DNA of 60,081 nt from Spirogloea muscicola (GCA_009602725.1 WELB01000002.1:1598237-1658317); one strand, 5' to 3'; shown: positions 1 to 12,800, counted from the stretch's first letter. Made by a program: numbers and translations. Notes: a model not told the origin generated them from the sequence alone.

Positions 1-265
1 GAGGGCTCTGCCTGCACGCAGGTGCAGCGCGCGGGCCATAGACCTCTGCAGCGAGACGGCCAAGCGCATGCGGTACACCTGCGCTAGCGACCCTGCTGCA
101 TGGGAGTCCACCAGCTCCCCATGGAAGCGGCGGACAATGGCGTGGCGTGAGAGCCGGTTGAGCAGCTCGAGCCACCGAGCGCCCAGCGCCCCGTGCGTAT
201 CGATGGCGAGCGGGAAGAACTCGTCTCCCCGCGGGTGATCTGGGAAAGAGCCCCGCTCGACTGAG
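1..265 (-). mobile_element. CRE-clade non-LTR retrotransposon, C-terminal endonuclease fragment (family C), cut by window edge
   Basis: Minus strand encodes AAGSLAQVYRMRLAVSLQRSMARALHLRAGRAL; near-identical to the plus-strand copy at ~47940-48050. Confidence 0.8.
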
Positions 266-299
266 CTGGGGGTGGGCAAGTGCCCTGCTTCATGCAAAA

Positions 300-545
300 A
301 GGATATTCATTTTTGGGCTGGCTTTTCCAGCCCCTATCCTCAATGGGCGAGCCCTTCCGAGAGGAATGGTGGCCCTGAGAGAAGAGAGGCTGGCCAAGCC
401 AGCTCAAAAAGAATGGACAATATCCAAAGCCAAAAAGAGGTGCCGAAAAGAAAATCTACACAACTAGACACGAGACAATGCAGACGGAAGCTCAGTACCC
501 GCGAGTGAGCAACATCAAGTCTGAGTAACTCGCTGCAGAGTGCGG
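300..545. mobile_element. Two retroelement 3' ends joined tail-to-tail (family C module on +, family A 3' end on -)
   Basis: GGGCTGGCTTTTCCAGCCC at 315-333 (+); opposite-strand module at ~387-420 followed by 3'UTR and LTRGY* (stop at 492-494, -). Confidence 0.75.
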
Positions 546-689
546 GCGTCCGGGCCCCGTGCCAGGCGCGTCGTTCCCTGTTTGTCTAAGGTCACCCGGT
601 GACCGACAATGGCAGGCGGACAGAACTGTCCATTACTCGGGGAGAGGCAAGGAATGCCAAATGCCAACAATGGGGAGCAAGCGTCACAA

Positions 690-890
690 GCGCAGATCAA
701 GAGGACCAGAGCTGCAAAACAGGTGGAGCTTAGCCAGAAGCACGACCTCAAGCAGATGCTCAAGGTCAACAGGCTGAAGGACAGCCCAATGAAGCAAGAC
801 AAGGAGGTGGAGACTTCTTCTCCATTTGCTCAGGCAGTTGGGAGCATCAAGTACCTCAAGGCGACAGCTGACTTCAATGTGGTCTTCAAG
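690..890 (+). pseudogene. Degenerate Ty1/copia reverse transcriptase relic
   Basis: QIKRTRAAKQVELSQKHDLKQMLK...PFAQAVGSIKYL resembles the copia RT segments xLSQxxY and PYxxxVGSLxYL; heavily decayed. Confidence 0.45.
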
Positions 891-1239
891 GTGAAAAGAA
901 GCTGCTGGCGGGGTGGAGAGGCACAAGGCCAGGCTGATGGCCAAGGGCTACAGCCAGGTGGCGGGCATCGGCTAGGAGGTGGTATGTGGCCTGCCCATGT
1001 TAGGGAAGGCCTGCATCCCTCAGGGCTAGTCAGGGCATTCTTTCAGCGGTCTAAGGTGGAGAACTGTGGATGTGGGGTCAACATCTGGTGTTAACAGGTA
1101 GACTTGGCTGATGGAAAGCCATAGTGCTAACCTAACCCAAATAGAATACGGCTCTTACCCGGTAGTTACATAGAGCAGCGAGGAGCCGCAAATGGCGGCA
1201 CCGCCGGGTGCCAGCTATCGGGAACAGTGAGAGAAGTGA

Positions 1240-3040
1240 CTCTCCCAACGGGGGCAAGGGCAGTGAGAAGCCAGCCCGAAAGAAGGGGGGCTCGCCCATT
1301 GAGGATAGGGGCTGGGAAAAGCCAGCCCAAAAAAGAATGAACGAAGTACGAGAAGGGGCCAGGGGAAGCACGAAGTAAAACAAGCACAAGAAGCAGCTAC
1401 AAAACACTCAGTATCCCCTGCTAAGCATTGAATTGACAAGGTTGAAAGGGGCCATACTACGAAAGGGGCCAGAAGCTCAATCTCAAAACTGGGGTAGGAT
1501 GAATCACCTGCACCTGCATTGAGCTCCTGTTGAGCTGCTGCTGCAAGTGCCCCCTTGTGCTGCTTCCCCAGCTGGCACCCCTTACAGATGCCTGACTTTT
1601 CTTCCTTCCAGTTGGTGGGGTCGAGTCCCTAGCGATGGACGTGCACGGGGCGTCAGGCAGTCGGTGGCTGGACCTCCTGGAGCGGCTTGCACGTCATGCC
1701 ATCGATCGTAGGCAGGGACAGCAAGGTGAGCTGCCAGCTTCAAAACCGCCAGGTCGCTTGCCCAGCTATTCCGCATGCGGCTATCCATCTCCTTCCCAGG
1801 CTCACGCAGTGCACTTGCGGGCTGGCCGCACTTCTGTTGCCACTTCTGGGTCTTGTTGGGGTGCCTCTTTGCCACCGGCTTCCATGGTGGTGCACGGGCT
1901 CCCCAAGTTAGCTTGTAGGATTTGGATGTGCTCACCCGTGGGTGACAACGTCACATTGTTACCTTAGACACCTTAGTATAGGGCTTCATTTCATGCAGCC
2001 GTTTTTCTTGCACTAAACCTGAACAATGTATTGGCTTGGATTGGCCTCCCTTTCATATCATGCGTACCGTGCACCTTCTCTCTTTTTTTCAGCTGCAATT
2101 TACTCCAACTTGCGGTGAGCTCGGGGGTTACTAAGCTCCCATTCGCTGCAGTCTCGTCCATAGCTGCTTAGATTTGGCGCCTTTCGGCCCTTTGGACCTT
2201 GTCCATTCTTTCTGGGCTGGCCTTCCACAGGCCCCGCCACCATTGGAAGAGCTCACTTCTCTCGGACCTTGTGTGACCTTTGGGCTGGCTGGCCTCTCAG
2301 AGCCATTGCCGTACATTGAGAGAGCTATTTCTTTCGACTTTGTGAAAGGCCAGCACTACACGATAAGGATAAGGTCCAAGGGAGCCGGAAAGCGCTTGCT
2401 GCACCTGTTGACTACAGGTTACTGAGCGTCCATCCGCAGAAGTTACGGTATGTAGTCTTTGCGCCTTCCTGCTCTTCCAGACCTCGTTCATGCCTTTTGG
2501 GCTGGCCTCGCACAGCCGTCGCCTTGCATTGAAATGCTCTTCCTTTTCGTCATTCAAACTTTTCGGCCTGGCATTTCACAGCCCTCGTCCCCTTTGTAAG
2601 ACCTCACTTCCTTTCCACAGAACGAGTGCCCGATGCCTGAAGCTCCACTCCCTGGGAGAAGGCGTGCGGTGCACATGAAATTGAAAGAGAGGCCAATTCT
2701 AGCCTTAGAAATGTCCTGGTAACGCGTGATGAGTTGGCTAAGGGGGGCACTAATATCCTCGAGTGAGCACATATATGTGTGACAAGCTAAGCTGAGGAGC
2801 CAGACCACCACCATGGAAGCCATTAGACCTGGCCTAACGCACGCCCAGCACGCTCCCTGATGAAAGATGAACAGCGCTTCCAAATTGACTGGTGGCTGTG
2901 AGAGGCCAGCCCAAAAGAATGGACAAGGTCTGGAGGGGCCGGATTGCGTAAAAGAAGCGGCTCTCCCAATGTAAATTTTCGTGTATTTGAGACAATCGAA
3001 GGCCAAAATGGCCAAGTACAAAGGCAAGCACATCTTATGA
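1240..3040. mobile_element. Mosaic of short CRE-family 3' fragments in both orientations
   Basis: RLE relic MDVHGASGSRWLDLL at 1635 (+); family D piece ~2640-2855 (-); hairpin modules at ~1270, 1320, 2214, 2282, 2499, 2905; family F 3'UTR ~2970-3040 (-). Confidence 0.7.
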
Positions 3041-3054
3041 CGTAGCAGCTAGCA

Positions 3055-3890
3055 TCTAGCAGCTTCTGGAGCTGCTAGAAAGAAAGCGCGGCAAGATTGA
3101 CTGGTGGCTGGGAGAGGAGTAGGAGTAGGGCAGCAGCAAAGGTAGGAGGAGGAATGGCCGGGGGGGGGAGAAGGGATCGCAGTGCCCCTGGGGGCCTTTC
3201 CTGCGTCCGCTTCTGGAGCTGCTAGAAGAGTGAGGCAGCAGCAGTGGCAGGAGGAATGGAGGGGGAGAGAAAGAGGGCCGGAAGTGCCGATTGGGGCAGA
3301 AGGAAATGGGGCCTTGTCGACCTGTCCTGCTGGAGCTGCTAGAGGAGGAGTGGGGCAGCAGCAGTGGCAGGAGGGATGGCAGGGGAGAGGGGGAGAAGGG
3401 TCGGAAGTGCCGCTGAGGGCCTTGTCGACCTGGCCTGCGTCCGTTTCAGGAGCTGCTAGAGGAGTGGGGCAGCAGCAGTGGCAGGGGAGATGGGGGGGGG
3501 GGAGAGGAAGGAGGCCGGATGTGTTGATAGGGGTTTTGTCGACCCGTCCTGCGACCAATTCTCGAGCTGCTAGAGGAGTGGGAGGCAGCAGCAGTGGCAG
3601 CAGTGGCAGTGGCAGGAAGGATGGCGGGGGTGGGAAGGAGGGCCAAGAGTGCCGATGGGGGCCTGGGCAACCTGACCGGCGTCTGCTTCTGGAGCTGCAG
3701 GAGGAGTGGGAAGCAGCAGCTGTGGCAGGAGGGATGACGGGGGGGGGAAGGAGGGTGGGGTGGCAACGGAGCGAAGTGAGCCGAGCCGATGGGGGCCTTG
3801 TTGACCCGACCTGCATCCCGCTTCTGGAGCTGCTAGAGGAGTGGGAGGCAGCAGCTGTGGCAGGAGGGACGGCAGGGGAGGGAAGAAAGA
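3055..3890. repeat. Degenerate tandem repeat, about 7 units of ~115-145 bp, Pro-rich on the minus strand
   Basis: GGAGCTGCTAGA-like anchor at 3068, 3215, 3332, 3449, 3563, 3691, 3826; recurring peptide PTPLAAPExDAGQVDKA. Confidence 0.75.
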
Positions 3891-4139
3891 AAGGGCTCGC
3901 CCATTGAGGATAGGGGCTGGAAAAGCCAGCCCAAAAAAGAAAGGAACAAAGTACAAGAAAGGGGCCAGGGGAAGCGCTAAGAAAAACAAGCACAACAAGA
4001 AACAAAGCAGCTACGTTTTACTCAGTAACCCCTGCTAAGGGAGGGGCGGGAGGGCTGGGGCATTGGGGGCTGGGCCGGAGGGGCAGGACCTGTCGCCGCG
4101 AATGCCATGGAGCCAAGGGGAGCTCGTGCCGACAAAAGA

Positions 4140-5420
4140 GAAGAAGTGCGCGGCCCATAGAGAAGAGGGGCTGGCAAAGCCAGCCCAAAAAAGAATGGAC
4201 AATGTCCAAAGCCAAAAGAAAGAGAGCCGGAAAAAGAGAAGAGCGCGCCCAAAGAAAAGAGGGGCTGGCAAAGCCAGCCCAAAATAGAATGGACAATGTC
4301 CAAAGCCAAAGCAAGAGGAGCCGGAGAAAGGACTACACTACAACATACTGCAGAACACAGAAACGATGCAGAGGAAAGCTCAGTACCCACGAGTGAGCAA
4401 CATCAGGTCTGAGTAGCTCGCTGCAGGGAAAGAGGCACTCCGCCGAGACCCAAAGGCGGCGGCCATAGCACGGCTTGCTCGCGTGTGGACGGCGTGGGCA
4501 AGGGAGCGTTGAAGCGGTACGGCCAGGCGCATGCGGAAGACTTGGGCGAGCGAACCGGCGGCGTTGAAGCCGGGCATCGCCCCAGGCAGACCCGGCCGCC
4601 GGTCAATGGCCTGGCGGGCAAGCCGCTGAATGAGATCCAGCCAGCGGCTGCCGAAAGCCCCGTGTACATCCATCGCCAGGGCCGCGAATTCATCCCCAAC
4701 CGGGTGATCAGCATATTTTCGCTCCTTGCCCCGGGCCGCCTGGCCGACCGCGGGCCCTGCAAACGACGCCGATCTGGTGGGATTGGCGGAGTCGATGCAG
4801 TCAGTTGTCACCAGATCAGCGATGATGCGGGGACCGCCGCCGGGCGGGATGGCGACCAGGTCGGCGCGTCGCGTATGGGGCTGGCCGTCCGCGCCCAGCT
4901 GGATGGGCATGATGGAGAAGTTCTCCACCGCGACCTTGAAGCCAGCCTCTGAAAACACCCCCTGCATACCATCGCGCAGGAGGTCGTGGGAAGCGCTCCG
5001 CTCGCCCCCGTGTGCGCAACGGAGCATGTGGGCGGCCAGCTCCGCAGGATCAACGTGACGGACACCGCACTCGCATTGAGTGACGCCCACGAGGCAGGGA
5101 GGGAGGAGGCCCAAGAGCCGGTGGACCGCCGTCCGGGAGACCTCGTCGGGCATAGTGAGCGCCGCGTGGAGTGGGAGCGCTGATAGCCACGCCGCCGGCC
5201 CAGGGGAGGAGGCTGACAGCAGCCGGGCGCGCCCTCGAAGGTCAGCTGGAGGGAGAAGCTCCACCACCTGGTCGGAGGCCGTTTGTACAACCAGCGCCGA
5301 GAAGCGTGCCTGGGCACGCTGGTCTGGGGTGTGGGCGATTTGGATGAAAGGAAGGAACGGCCTGTTCCAACATGTGGGGGTGGACCGCCAGGAGCCCGTC
5401 GCGTGCAGAGCGTAGGGCAA
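4140..5420 (-). mobile_element. CRE-clade element family A, 5'-truncated (CCHC + RLE endonuclease + 3'UTR)
   Basis: ORF 4380-5420: AAWLSALP, CECG...HMLRCAHGGER..HD, RRADLV, ADLVTTD, KERKY, LAVPLQR, LTRGY*; two tandem 3' modules at 4150-4330. Confidence 0.9.
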
Positions 5421-5429
5421 CCTGAAAAG

Positions 5430-5570
5430 GCAGGCCCCGGGTTGGAGCGGTCGACCACATCAGTGGTGACCACATCAGCAATGATGCGCGCGCCGCCGCC
5501 CGGCGTGGACGCCACCAGGTCGACGCGGCGCGTGTGGAGTCCGTCGGCCCTCTCGAGGATATGGCATGAA
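5430..5570 (-). mobile_element. CRE family B internal fragment
   Basis: GLHTRRVDLVASTPGGGARIIADVVTTDVVDRSNPG; matches ~48425-48560. Confidence 0.75.
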
Positions 5571-5584
5571 AAGCTAGCCCAATG

Positions 5585-5955
5585 GCATGCAGGGGGTGTT
5601 CATGGAGGCGGGCTTCAAGGTGGCTGTGGAAAACACCTCAATAATGCCCATCCAGCTGGGCGCGGACGGCCAGCCGCATACTCGATGCGCCGACCTGGTC
5701 GCCATCCCGCCCGGCGGCGGTCCCCGCATCATCGCCGATGTTGGTGACAACTGACTGCGTCGTTTCCGCCAATCCCACCAGATCGGCGTCGATTGCACGG
5801 CACGCGGTCGGCCTGGCGGCCCGGGGCAAGGAGCGTAAATACGCGGATCAACCCGGTTGGTGATGAATTCGCGGCCCTGGCGGTGAAATTTTACGGGGCT
5901 TTCGGCATCCGCTGGCTGGATCTCCTCCAGCGGCTTGCCCGTCAGGCCATTGACC
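5585..5955 (+). mobile_element. CRE family A endonuclease fragment in inverted orientation
   Basis: MQGVFMEAGFKVAVENTSIMPIQLGADGQPHTRCADLV..; reverse complement of ~6320-6690. Confidence 0.85.
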
Positions 5956-5959
5956 AAAA

Positions 5960-7430
5960 AGGGAAAGAGGCACTCCCACGAGAAGAGAGGCTGGCAAAGC
6001 CAGCCCAAAAAAGAATGGACAATGTCCGAAGCCAAAGAAAGAGGAGCCGGAAAGAGGGCTACACTACAAAAACTGCAAAACACAGACGATGCAGAGGGAA
6101 GCTCAGTAACCCACGAGTGAGCAGCATCAGGTCTGAGTAGCTCGCTGCGCGGAAAGAGGCACTCCGCCGAGACCCAGAGGCGGCGGCCATAGCACGGCCT
6201 GCGTGTGGACGGCGTGGGCAAGGGAGCGTTGAAGCGATACCGCCAGGCGCATGCGGAAGACTTGGGCGAGCGAACCGGCGGCGTTGAAGCCGGGCATCGC
6301 ACCTGGCAGACCCTGCCGCCGGTCAATGGCCTGGCGGGCAAGCCGCTGAAGGAGATCCAGCCAGCGGCTGCCGAAAGCCCCGTGTACATCCATCGCCAGG
6401 GCCGCGAAGTCATCACCAACCGGGTGATCAGCATGTTTTCGCTCCTTGCCCTGGGCCGCCAGGCCGACCGCGTGCCCTGCAAACGACGCCGATCTGGTGG
6501 GATTGGCGGAGTCGATGCAGTCAGTTGTCACCACATCGGCGATGATGCGGGGACCGCCGCCGGGCGGGATGGCGACCAGGTCGGCGCGTCGCATATGGGG
6601 CTGGCCGTCCGCGCCCAGCTGGATGGGCATTATTGAGGAGTTCTCCACAGCCACCTTGAAGCCAGCCTCCGTAAACACCCCCTGCATACCATCTCGCAGG
6701 AGATCGTGGGAAGCGGTCCGCTCGCCCCCGTGTGCGCAACGGAGCATATGCGCAGCCAGCTCCGTAGGTTCAGCGTGACGGGCACCGCACTCGCACTGAG
6801 TGACGCCCACGAGGCAGGGAGGGAGGAGGCCCAAGAGCCGGTGGACCGCCGTCCTGAAGACCTCATCGGGCATGGTGAGCGCCGCGTGGAGTGGGAGCGC
6901 TGATAACCACGCCGCCGCTCCAGGGGAGGAGGCTGAGAGAAGCCAGGCGCGCCCTCGAAGGTCAGACGGAGGGAGAAGCTCCACCACCTGGTCAGAGGCC
7001 GCTTTTACAACCAACGCCGAGAAGCGTGCCTGGGCACGCAGGTCAGGGGTGTGGGCGAGGTGGATGTAAGGGACGGCCTGCTGCGACATGTTGGGGTGGA
7101 CCGCCAGGAGCCCGTCGCGGGCAGAGCGGAGGGCACCCTGAAAGGGCAGCTGGCCGACCTCCACTTCAGCTGCCGCCCGCTCCAGGGCGCGCTGGCCTTG
7201 GACGAGGACTCTCTGGCACATGGGGGCTGCCACCTGAGCCCAGCTACCCATGTAGGCCGCCTCGCAGGCGCGGGCAACTGAGCGGCATCCCAAGCCGCCT
7301 CGGCTAGTCGGCAGGCTAGCCTGCAGCAGCGCAGCTGGTGAGGTGAGGAACGCACGGTGCTGCACGAGGGTGGCCGCGGACGGCAGGATGCCGGAGTCAA
7401 AAGCCTGGTATGCTGCCTTCACCGGCGATG
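5960..7430 (-). mobile_element. CRE family A, 5'-truncated (post-RT region to 3'UTR), frameshifted near the C-terminus
   Basis: QASLPTSRGGLG, AAAWLSALP, CECG/HMLRCAHGGER, RRADLV, LAVSLQR; 3' module at ~5985-6025. Confidence 0.9.
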
Positions 7431-8129
7431 AGGGAGGGATGGTGCGGGCCAGATAGTGTGGCCGCTGCGCAGTGCAGCGTGTCTGTCCTGGGCCTTGGCT
7501 ATCAAGCTCCACCGGGGCAGAGTTGCTTACGATGTGCTTCTTGGTGCTGCCATCCAGAACGACAGCTCGCCACTCTTGGAAAGAGTGTTCTTTGTAAACT
7601 CTTGACTGCTAGCTGCATATGGTCTAGGTCTAGCTGTTTTGTGTGGAGCTGCGCTGTAGCGCCTTGGGATGCTCATCACGGACAGCGGTAGACGAGGTCT
7701 AGGGTTTTTGACCTAGAAGTGGGTGGATGGCATGGGCCCCACACGCTGGTTGCCAGGTCAGCGGCTTATCTGCCGGGCTGGCCGACCAGCTCAGCCTCCC
7801 CGCGATTTCCCAATGGGTCGGGCCGGGTTCATAAGACACTGGAGGGCAGGCAGCCCTTCGCTCTTCTCAACACCTTCGGGCCCTCCTAGTCCGGTCGCTC
7901 CCCAGTCGCCGCCGCCGCTGCCGCCGCCGCCGCTGTCGCAGCCGCTGTCGTCGCCACGCCATGGCAGCCGCTGCGTTCTTACAGCCACAAGAAGAAAGAC
8001 TCTTCCAGTAGAGGGCTAAAGATGGTGATTGTCCCACAAGAGCTCTTCGCTCATTGCCGCCTCTTACGTTGCCGCTTTGTCCATTCTGGGCTGGCCCTCG
8101 CCCCTTTGGATAGCTCGTTTCCCCTACAA

Positions 8130-8370
8130 GAGAGTAGGCGCGCGCGGTGCATGACATTGAAAGTGAGGCCAATTCTAGCCTTACAGATGTCCTCTTACGG
8201 GGTAATGAGCTAGCTAAGGGGGACATTATATCCCCGAGTGAGCACATGCATATCTGACAAGCTAGCTGAGGAGCCAAATCACCACCACAGAAGCCATCGG
8301 CCCGGGCTAATGCACGCCCAGCACGCTGGTGTATCGCAAGTGCCTGGGAGCGCTGTAGACTCAATCATAG
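8130..8370 (-). mobile_element. CRE family D 3' fragment
   Basis: SLQRSQALAIHQRAGRALA and, in a shifted frame, SLSDMHVLTRGY; second copy at ~2640-2855. Confidence 0.7.
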
Positions 8371-9289
8371 CCGCAAGAGCTCGTCTCCAACAAATTAAGC
8401 TTCCTTGAGTTATCCTGTCCGACTTGTAGATGCTCATTTGGGGCTTACGCCCCCTCCGGCCATGCTTGCGCCCTGCTTCTTTGGCGCCTACTAGCTTAGG
8501 GCTCTGCGTTGTGTAGCCCCAGTGGTTGCACTTCCTTATGTCATCCGCAGGACGGAGTATTGGCTCGGCTTAGACTCCTTTGCATTGCGGGCCCCTTCTC
8601 TTTCCACAACACGCACTTCGGTCTACAACTGAGGCGATGCTGCCCAACCTGCCCGAGCTTGCAGATATTCCTCAACGCTTGTTTGCCCTCAGTACACACC
8701 CCATAATCTTAGTGGCTTTGACGTGACCCTATACTTGCATTGAGATGTTGCCTTCCTTGCCGGCAATCTCGAGACAATCTGCAATTTGGCTCCATGTTCC
8801 TCGGTATACTTTTGAAGCATAAGGGTGAGCAATTCACATGGATGCTTGTATGTCTGTATGACGAGGACTACATAACCCAACTGCAGTTTCATATGCTACT
8901 GCTCGCATTCCCTCCAAGCAACATCCTGTCCGAGGCCTGGGCCCTGCCCTTGGACACTCTAACAGGCAGTCTGAGGAAATTTTTCTTGCATGTATTGGTT
9001 ACCCAGCATAACTGCTTTGGTCTTGAGCTTGCTTCAGGACAACCTAATGAGATTGCTTTGCCTTGTGATGAGTTTCATATTGTTTTGAGAGTGACTACTG
9101 CATGAGTGATGCTTCAAGGGCCGCCAGGCATACGCATACAACAAAATCAGCACAGATTTAGCAAGTTGGGAGCAAGTGCCCCGGGTCAATGTATGAGCAT
9201 GACACACAAATTAAGGTTTGACTCTTTTCACAGTAGAATTGACGATGTAGGCAAGCACAGGGTATTGTCGAGGCTGACAATTGCAGCTC

Positions 9290-11750
9290 AATCAAAGGTG
9301 AGGCACAACCCATATCCACTTCTCGGGAACATGGTGTACTTTGTGGCAGGCAATCACAAGTACGTGCACAATATGCGAGCAGGCTGGGCAGTACAGAACC
9401 ATACCCATTTTGTGAAAAGAGACAACTAGGACGTAAGACAGCAGCACACGATTACTGGGTAACATTGATCAGCTTTCATCTGGTGCCGTTATACTTTATA
9501 GTGGACAATGTGAACGTAGCTATATTCAGTACACACTTCCAACGTACAAACTCGCCATTCCATTGATACTATATAGCAGTCTCTCAAGGTCCATTCCATG
9601 CTTGAAGAAAATCATCTGCATTTGTGTGCAGCAATAAGCAGCACAATGGCTCAAATTTGTTGTGTGGCATGCCTATTCTGCACTTTTGTGATTGACCTGT
9701 CATGCCCTTGAGTGATCTGAAGTCTTAGCTGTTGTGCTAGTAGAACTTGCCTAAATGGGAAATAGGACATCAGTATGCAAGACCTCAACACCATGATTGG
9801 AAGGCGACTCATGACAAACACGGCGAATAGATTACAAGAATGTAAACTGTGCACAAGATGGTGATGCTACCTTCAATTTGTGATGAGCAGGTGAGCATGT
9901 GACACACACATAAAGGCTACTTGTCTGCTAGTCAATCTGCGATGTTGACACACGCTTGCCAAGTCTCCATTCTTCCATCCATCTGCACCATGCACGCATA
10001 TGCAACAAGCCACAAACATTGTGACTACCACTCATGTCTAGCTCACCTTCATTCTCCTTCTGTTTGACTAACTGAAGGAAAGCCAGTCAGATTCTAAGAT
10101 GAACAGACCCTTGCATGGACTTCACGCCAAGACATTCTACTGTACAGAAGGGCGATACAGTCACTACGAAAAGACATCTGAAATAGCCCAGCTCAAACCA
10201 TCCGTATCTACGCTCAAATCACCACCTGCAATTCTTATTCTGATTAAAGCAGACTGTGTTGATGGCTAACCTTGCACCATCATTTGAGGTGTAGAAGCCG
10301 ATGCCATGACGTTCACTGTTTTGGAACTCCCCAATGTCGCTGCTACCGTTTGCAAACGTGTACTTGCCCTTGCCATGCACCTGGCCCAAGGAGAATGAGG
10401 CACTCAAAGTGTCTCCCCGGTGCTACCTAACAAGTCCCTGACAACCAATCAGCACAAAGATCCACATGGAATACTTCAGCTTCAGACAAAAGCCCAAGCA
10501 CACAAGTCTTCGAACCAGGAAACCCTCAACCAAGGCATCCTTCAGAGAAGCGTTGATTTCATGACTGACTGGCACGAAGACCAGCTGGCAGATGTTGCTG
10601 GATATGGAGATCACGGACCTCGCCATGCTGCAGGTCTTGCTTCCAGGTTCCACACACCACATCGCCATTCGCCTCCCAGAGCTGGCCAATGCCATCCTTT
10701 GCACCATTTGACCATTCGCCCTTGTACCTACTTCCATCTGGCAATGAAAGCTCCCCCTGGACGAAGAACCATGCAGAGTAAGTCCTGAGATGTTGATTGC
10801 AGCGGCAGCATGCCATGCAGTCGGGAAGCCTCAGAAGCCAGAATTTGATTAACTTGATTGACCTTTATTGAACCCACAGATATAAGAAAACCCACAATCG
10901 ATTGTGAGTATCATCAACATGATCATGCGAGGTTGCACGGCATTGCTGACAAATAGCCTGAGCAGCATGAACTATGCTTATTGATGCATTTGAGCAGAGT
11001 CAGGGTTAAACGAGACAACAACTCTGGTCCCTGAAATACCTGGCCATCTGGTACACGCCCCCTGGTGTAGCCTTTGCAACTTCCCCCTTTGAATTGCATC
11101 TCCAGCAGCTGCCTCTGACAGGTTGCACTGTTCAATTCCTGATACATACCAAAGACGCCAGCAGACGTCGTTGAGAAGTCTACTACACACATGACACTAC
11201 TGAGAACCAGGGCAGAGCTGCCAGAGCTGCCTATTTTATGGCCCTAACATGCAGCTAACAGATACTCACAGATCTGTCACACTAAGAGCAAAGTCAGCTC
11301 GCAGTGGAGGAACCAATGAGCGATGCCCTTCAAAGACCACAGCTCACCAGAGCGACCTGCAACCGCCGCTTAGCTTTCCACTGGCCAGCAACCACGCCCT
11401 GCCTCTTCCTCCCTCCCCAAGGCCCGCTTCCTCGAGGCATCCAAGGACGCGTTCGCGATGGACCCTTCCTCGTTGCATCCTACCATAGCTTCTGCTTGTG
11501 CAGGCTGCAAGGCTGCCTCTTCATGAGGATCTCTAAATTTCTCAGCAGCCATGCCCAAAGACAGGGACACCTCCTCCAAAGACGTTGCTGTAACTCCGAC
11601 CTCACTTTCTCTCACTGTAGATGCTGACAGGCTGCCTTGCCCACTTGGTTCACTGTTATTCTGAGGCACCTCAAGTCTGCTTGCAGCTTGTGCAGGCAAA
11701 GGCAGCACAGTCTCCGCTGCCAACCTGGGCAAGAGCACACCTTGCAGTGA
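9290..11750 (-). CDS. MORN-repeat protein (multi-exon; outer boundaries uncertain)
   Basis: AG/GT-flanked exons 10756-10619 (PDGSRYKGEWSNGAKDGIGQLWEANGDVVCGTWKQDLQHGE) and 10380-10271 (VHGKGKYTFANGSSDIGEFQNSERHGIG); weaker exon candidates near 11040-11160 and 9300-9420. Confidence 0.65.
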
Positions 11751-11974
11751 ATATGAGGCCGGTGCATAGGCGTTGATGTACAACGTGCATACTTTATACC
11801 AAACCCAACTATCCTTCACAACAAGAAGCTGGAGTAGTTAAACCACTTGACCAGAGCAAGAGCAAGGCAGGCCCACACAAAGAGAAGCAGTTGCCAGAGA
11901 CTGTCATAATAACTAGCTGAGTAAGCAATCACAAGATTACCCTACTACAAAATGGATTTCTTTCTTCATCGAGT

Positions 11975-12232
11975 GCAACCACTTTGTTCAGTGATAGTCA
12001 AGGTAGCATTGCTTCGATTAAGGATCCTGTCTATCATGCTCGTACTGAGCATATAGAGATACAACACCATTTCACCCGGGAGAAGGTAGACGAAGGAGTC
12101 ATCAAGATACAGTACTGTAGTACAGCAGATAGGACTGCAGATATTCTGACCAAGGGCTTGCCTAAGCCCGAGTGTGCTAGACGTAGAAATTTGCTAGGTC
12201 TGGCTGATTCACATATTCAGTGGGAGTGTTGA
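11975..12232 (+). mobile_element. Ty1/copia pol C-terminus (RNase H) with PPT and start of 3' LTR
   Basis: SDSQGSIA..DPVYHARTEHIEIQHHFTRE..YCSTADRTADILTKGL; purine-rich AGTGGGAG 12219-12226 followed by TGTTG at 12227. Confidence 0.9.
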
Positions 12233-12389
12233 ATATTGTAATATGGTGAATTGGCGGGTCGGGGTGGGTGACCATCCTGACCGTCTCATTGGGCCGTGAG
12301 AGTCTCCCCCTGGATAAGGGAGGCCTCGGCCACCCATCGGGTTTACACCCCACATCTGAGGCCACGCGGTGCGCCCGTGCGCCCTAGCC

Positions 12390-12800
12390 ATGGCTGCCAC
12401 CACCTTGGGTGAGGGCGGAGCCTGTGCTGGTGGTCTGACTGACTGTCTGAGATCTGAATCGTCTGGCGCCATGAGCGCATCTGCATCTGTGCCGCCGCGT
12501 CGAGGGCGGTCTGCTGGGCCCGTAGACAAGGGCAAACGTCCAATGGAGGACTTCGACTGGCGGGAGGAACAATCTGGAAACACTGACTACAATAGACAGG
12601 AACAGGTACAGGAGCAGATACAGGAGCAGTCAGCCCAGGAATTCCAACAAGCCATGTGTTGGATGGCTCGCCGTCGAGTCGAAGAAGTAGCAGCACCTAA
12701 GGGCATGAGGATGAGGAACTGCCAGCCCACAAGGCACGCCCTCGAGTTGCACCAAGAAGTAGGAAAGTTCTTCGCTAGGCAGAAGCAGCTCTTGCAAAAC
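12390..12800 (+). other. Possible gag-like or low-complexity ORF relic
   Basis: ATG-initiated open frame with DKGKRP and a Q/E-rich segment, just after the LTR start; no diagnostic domain recognised. Confidence 0.2.
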
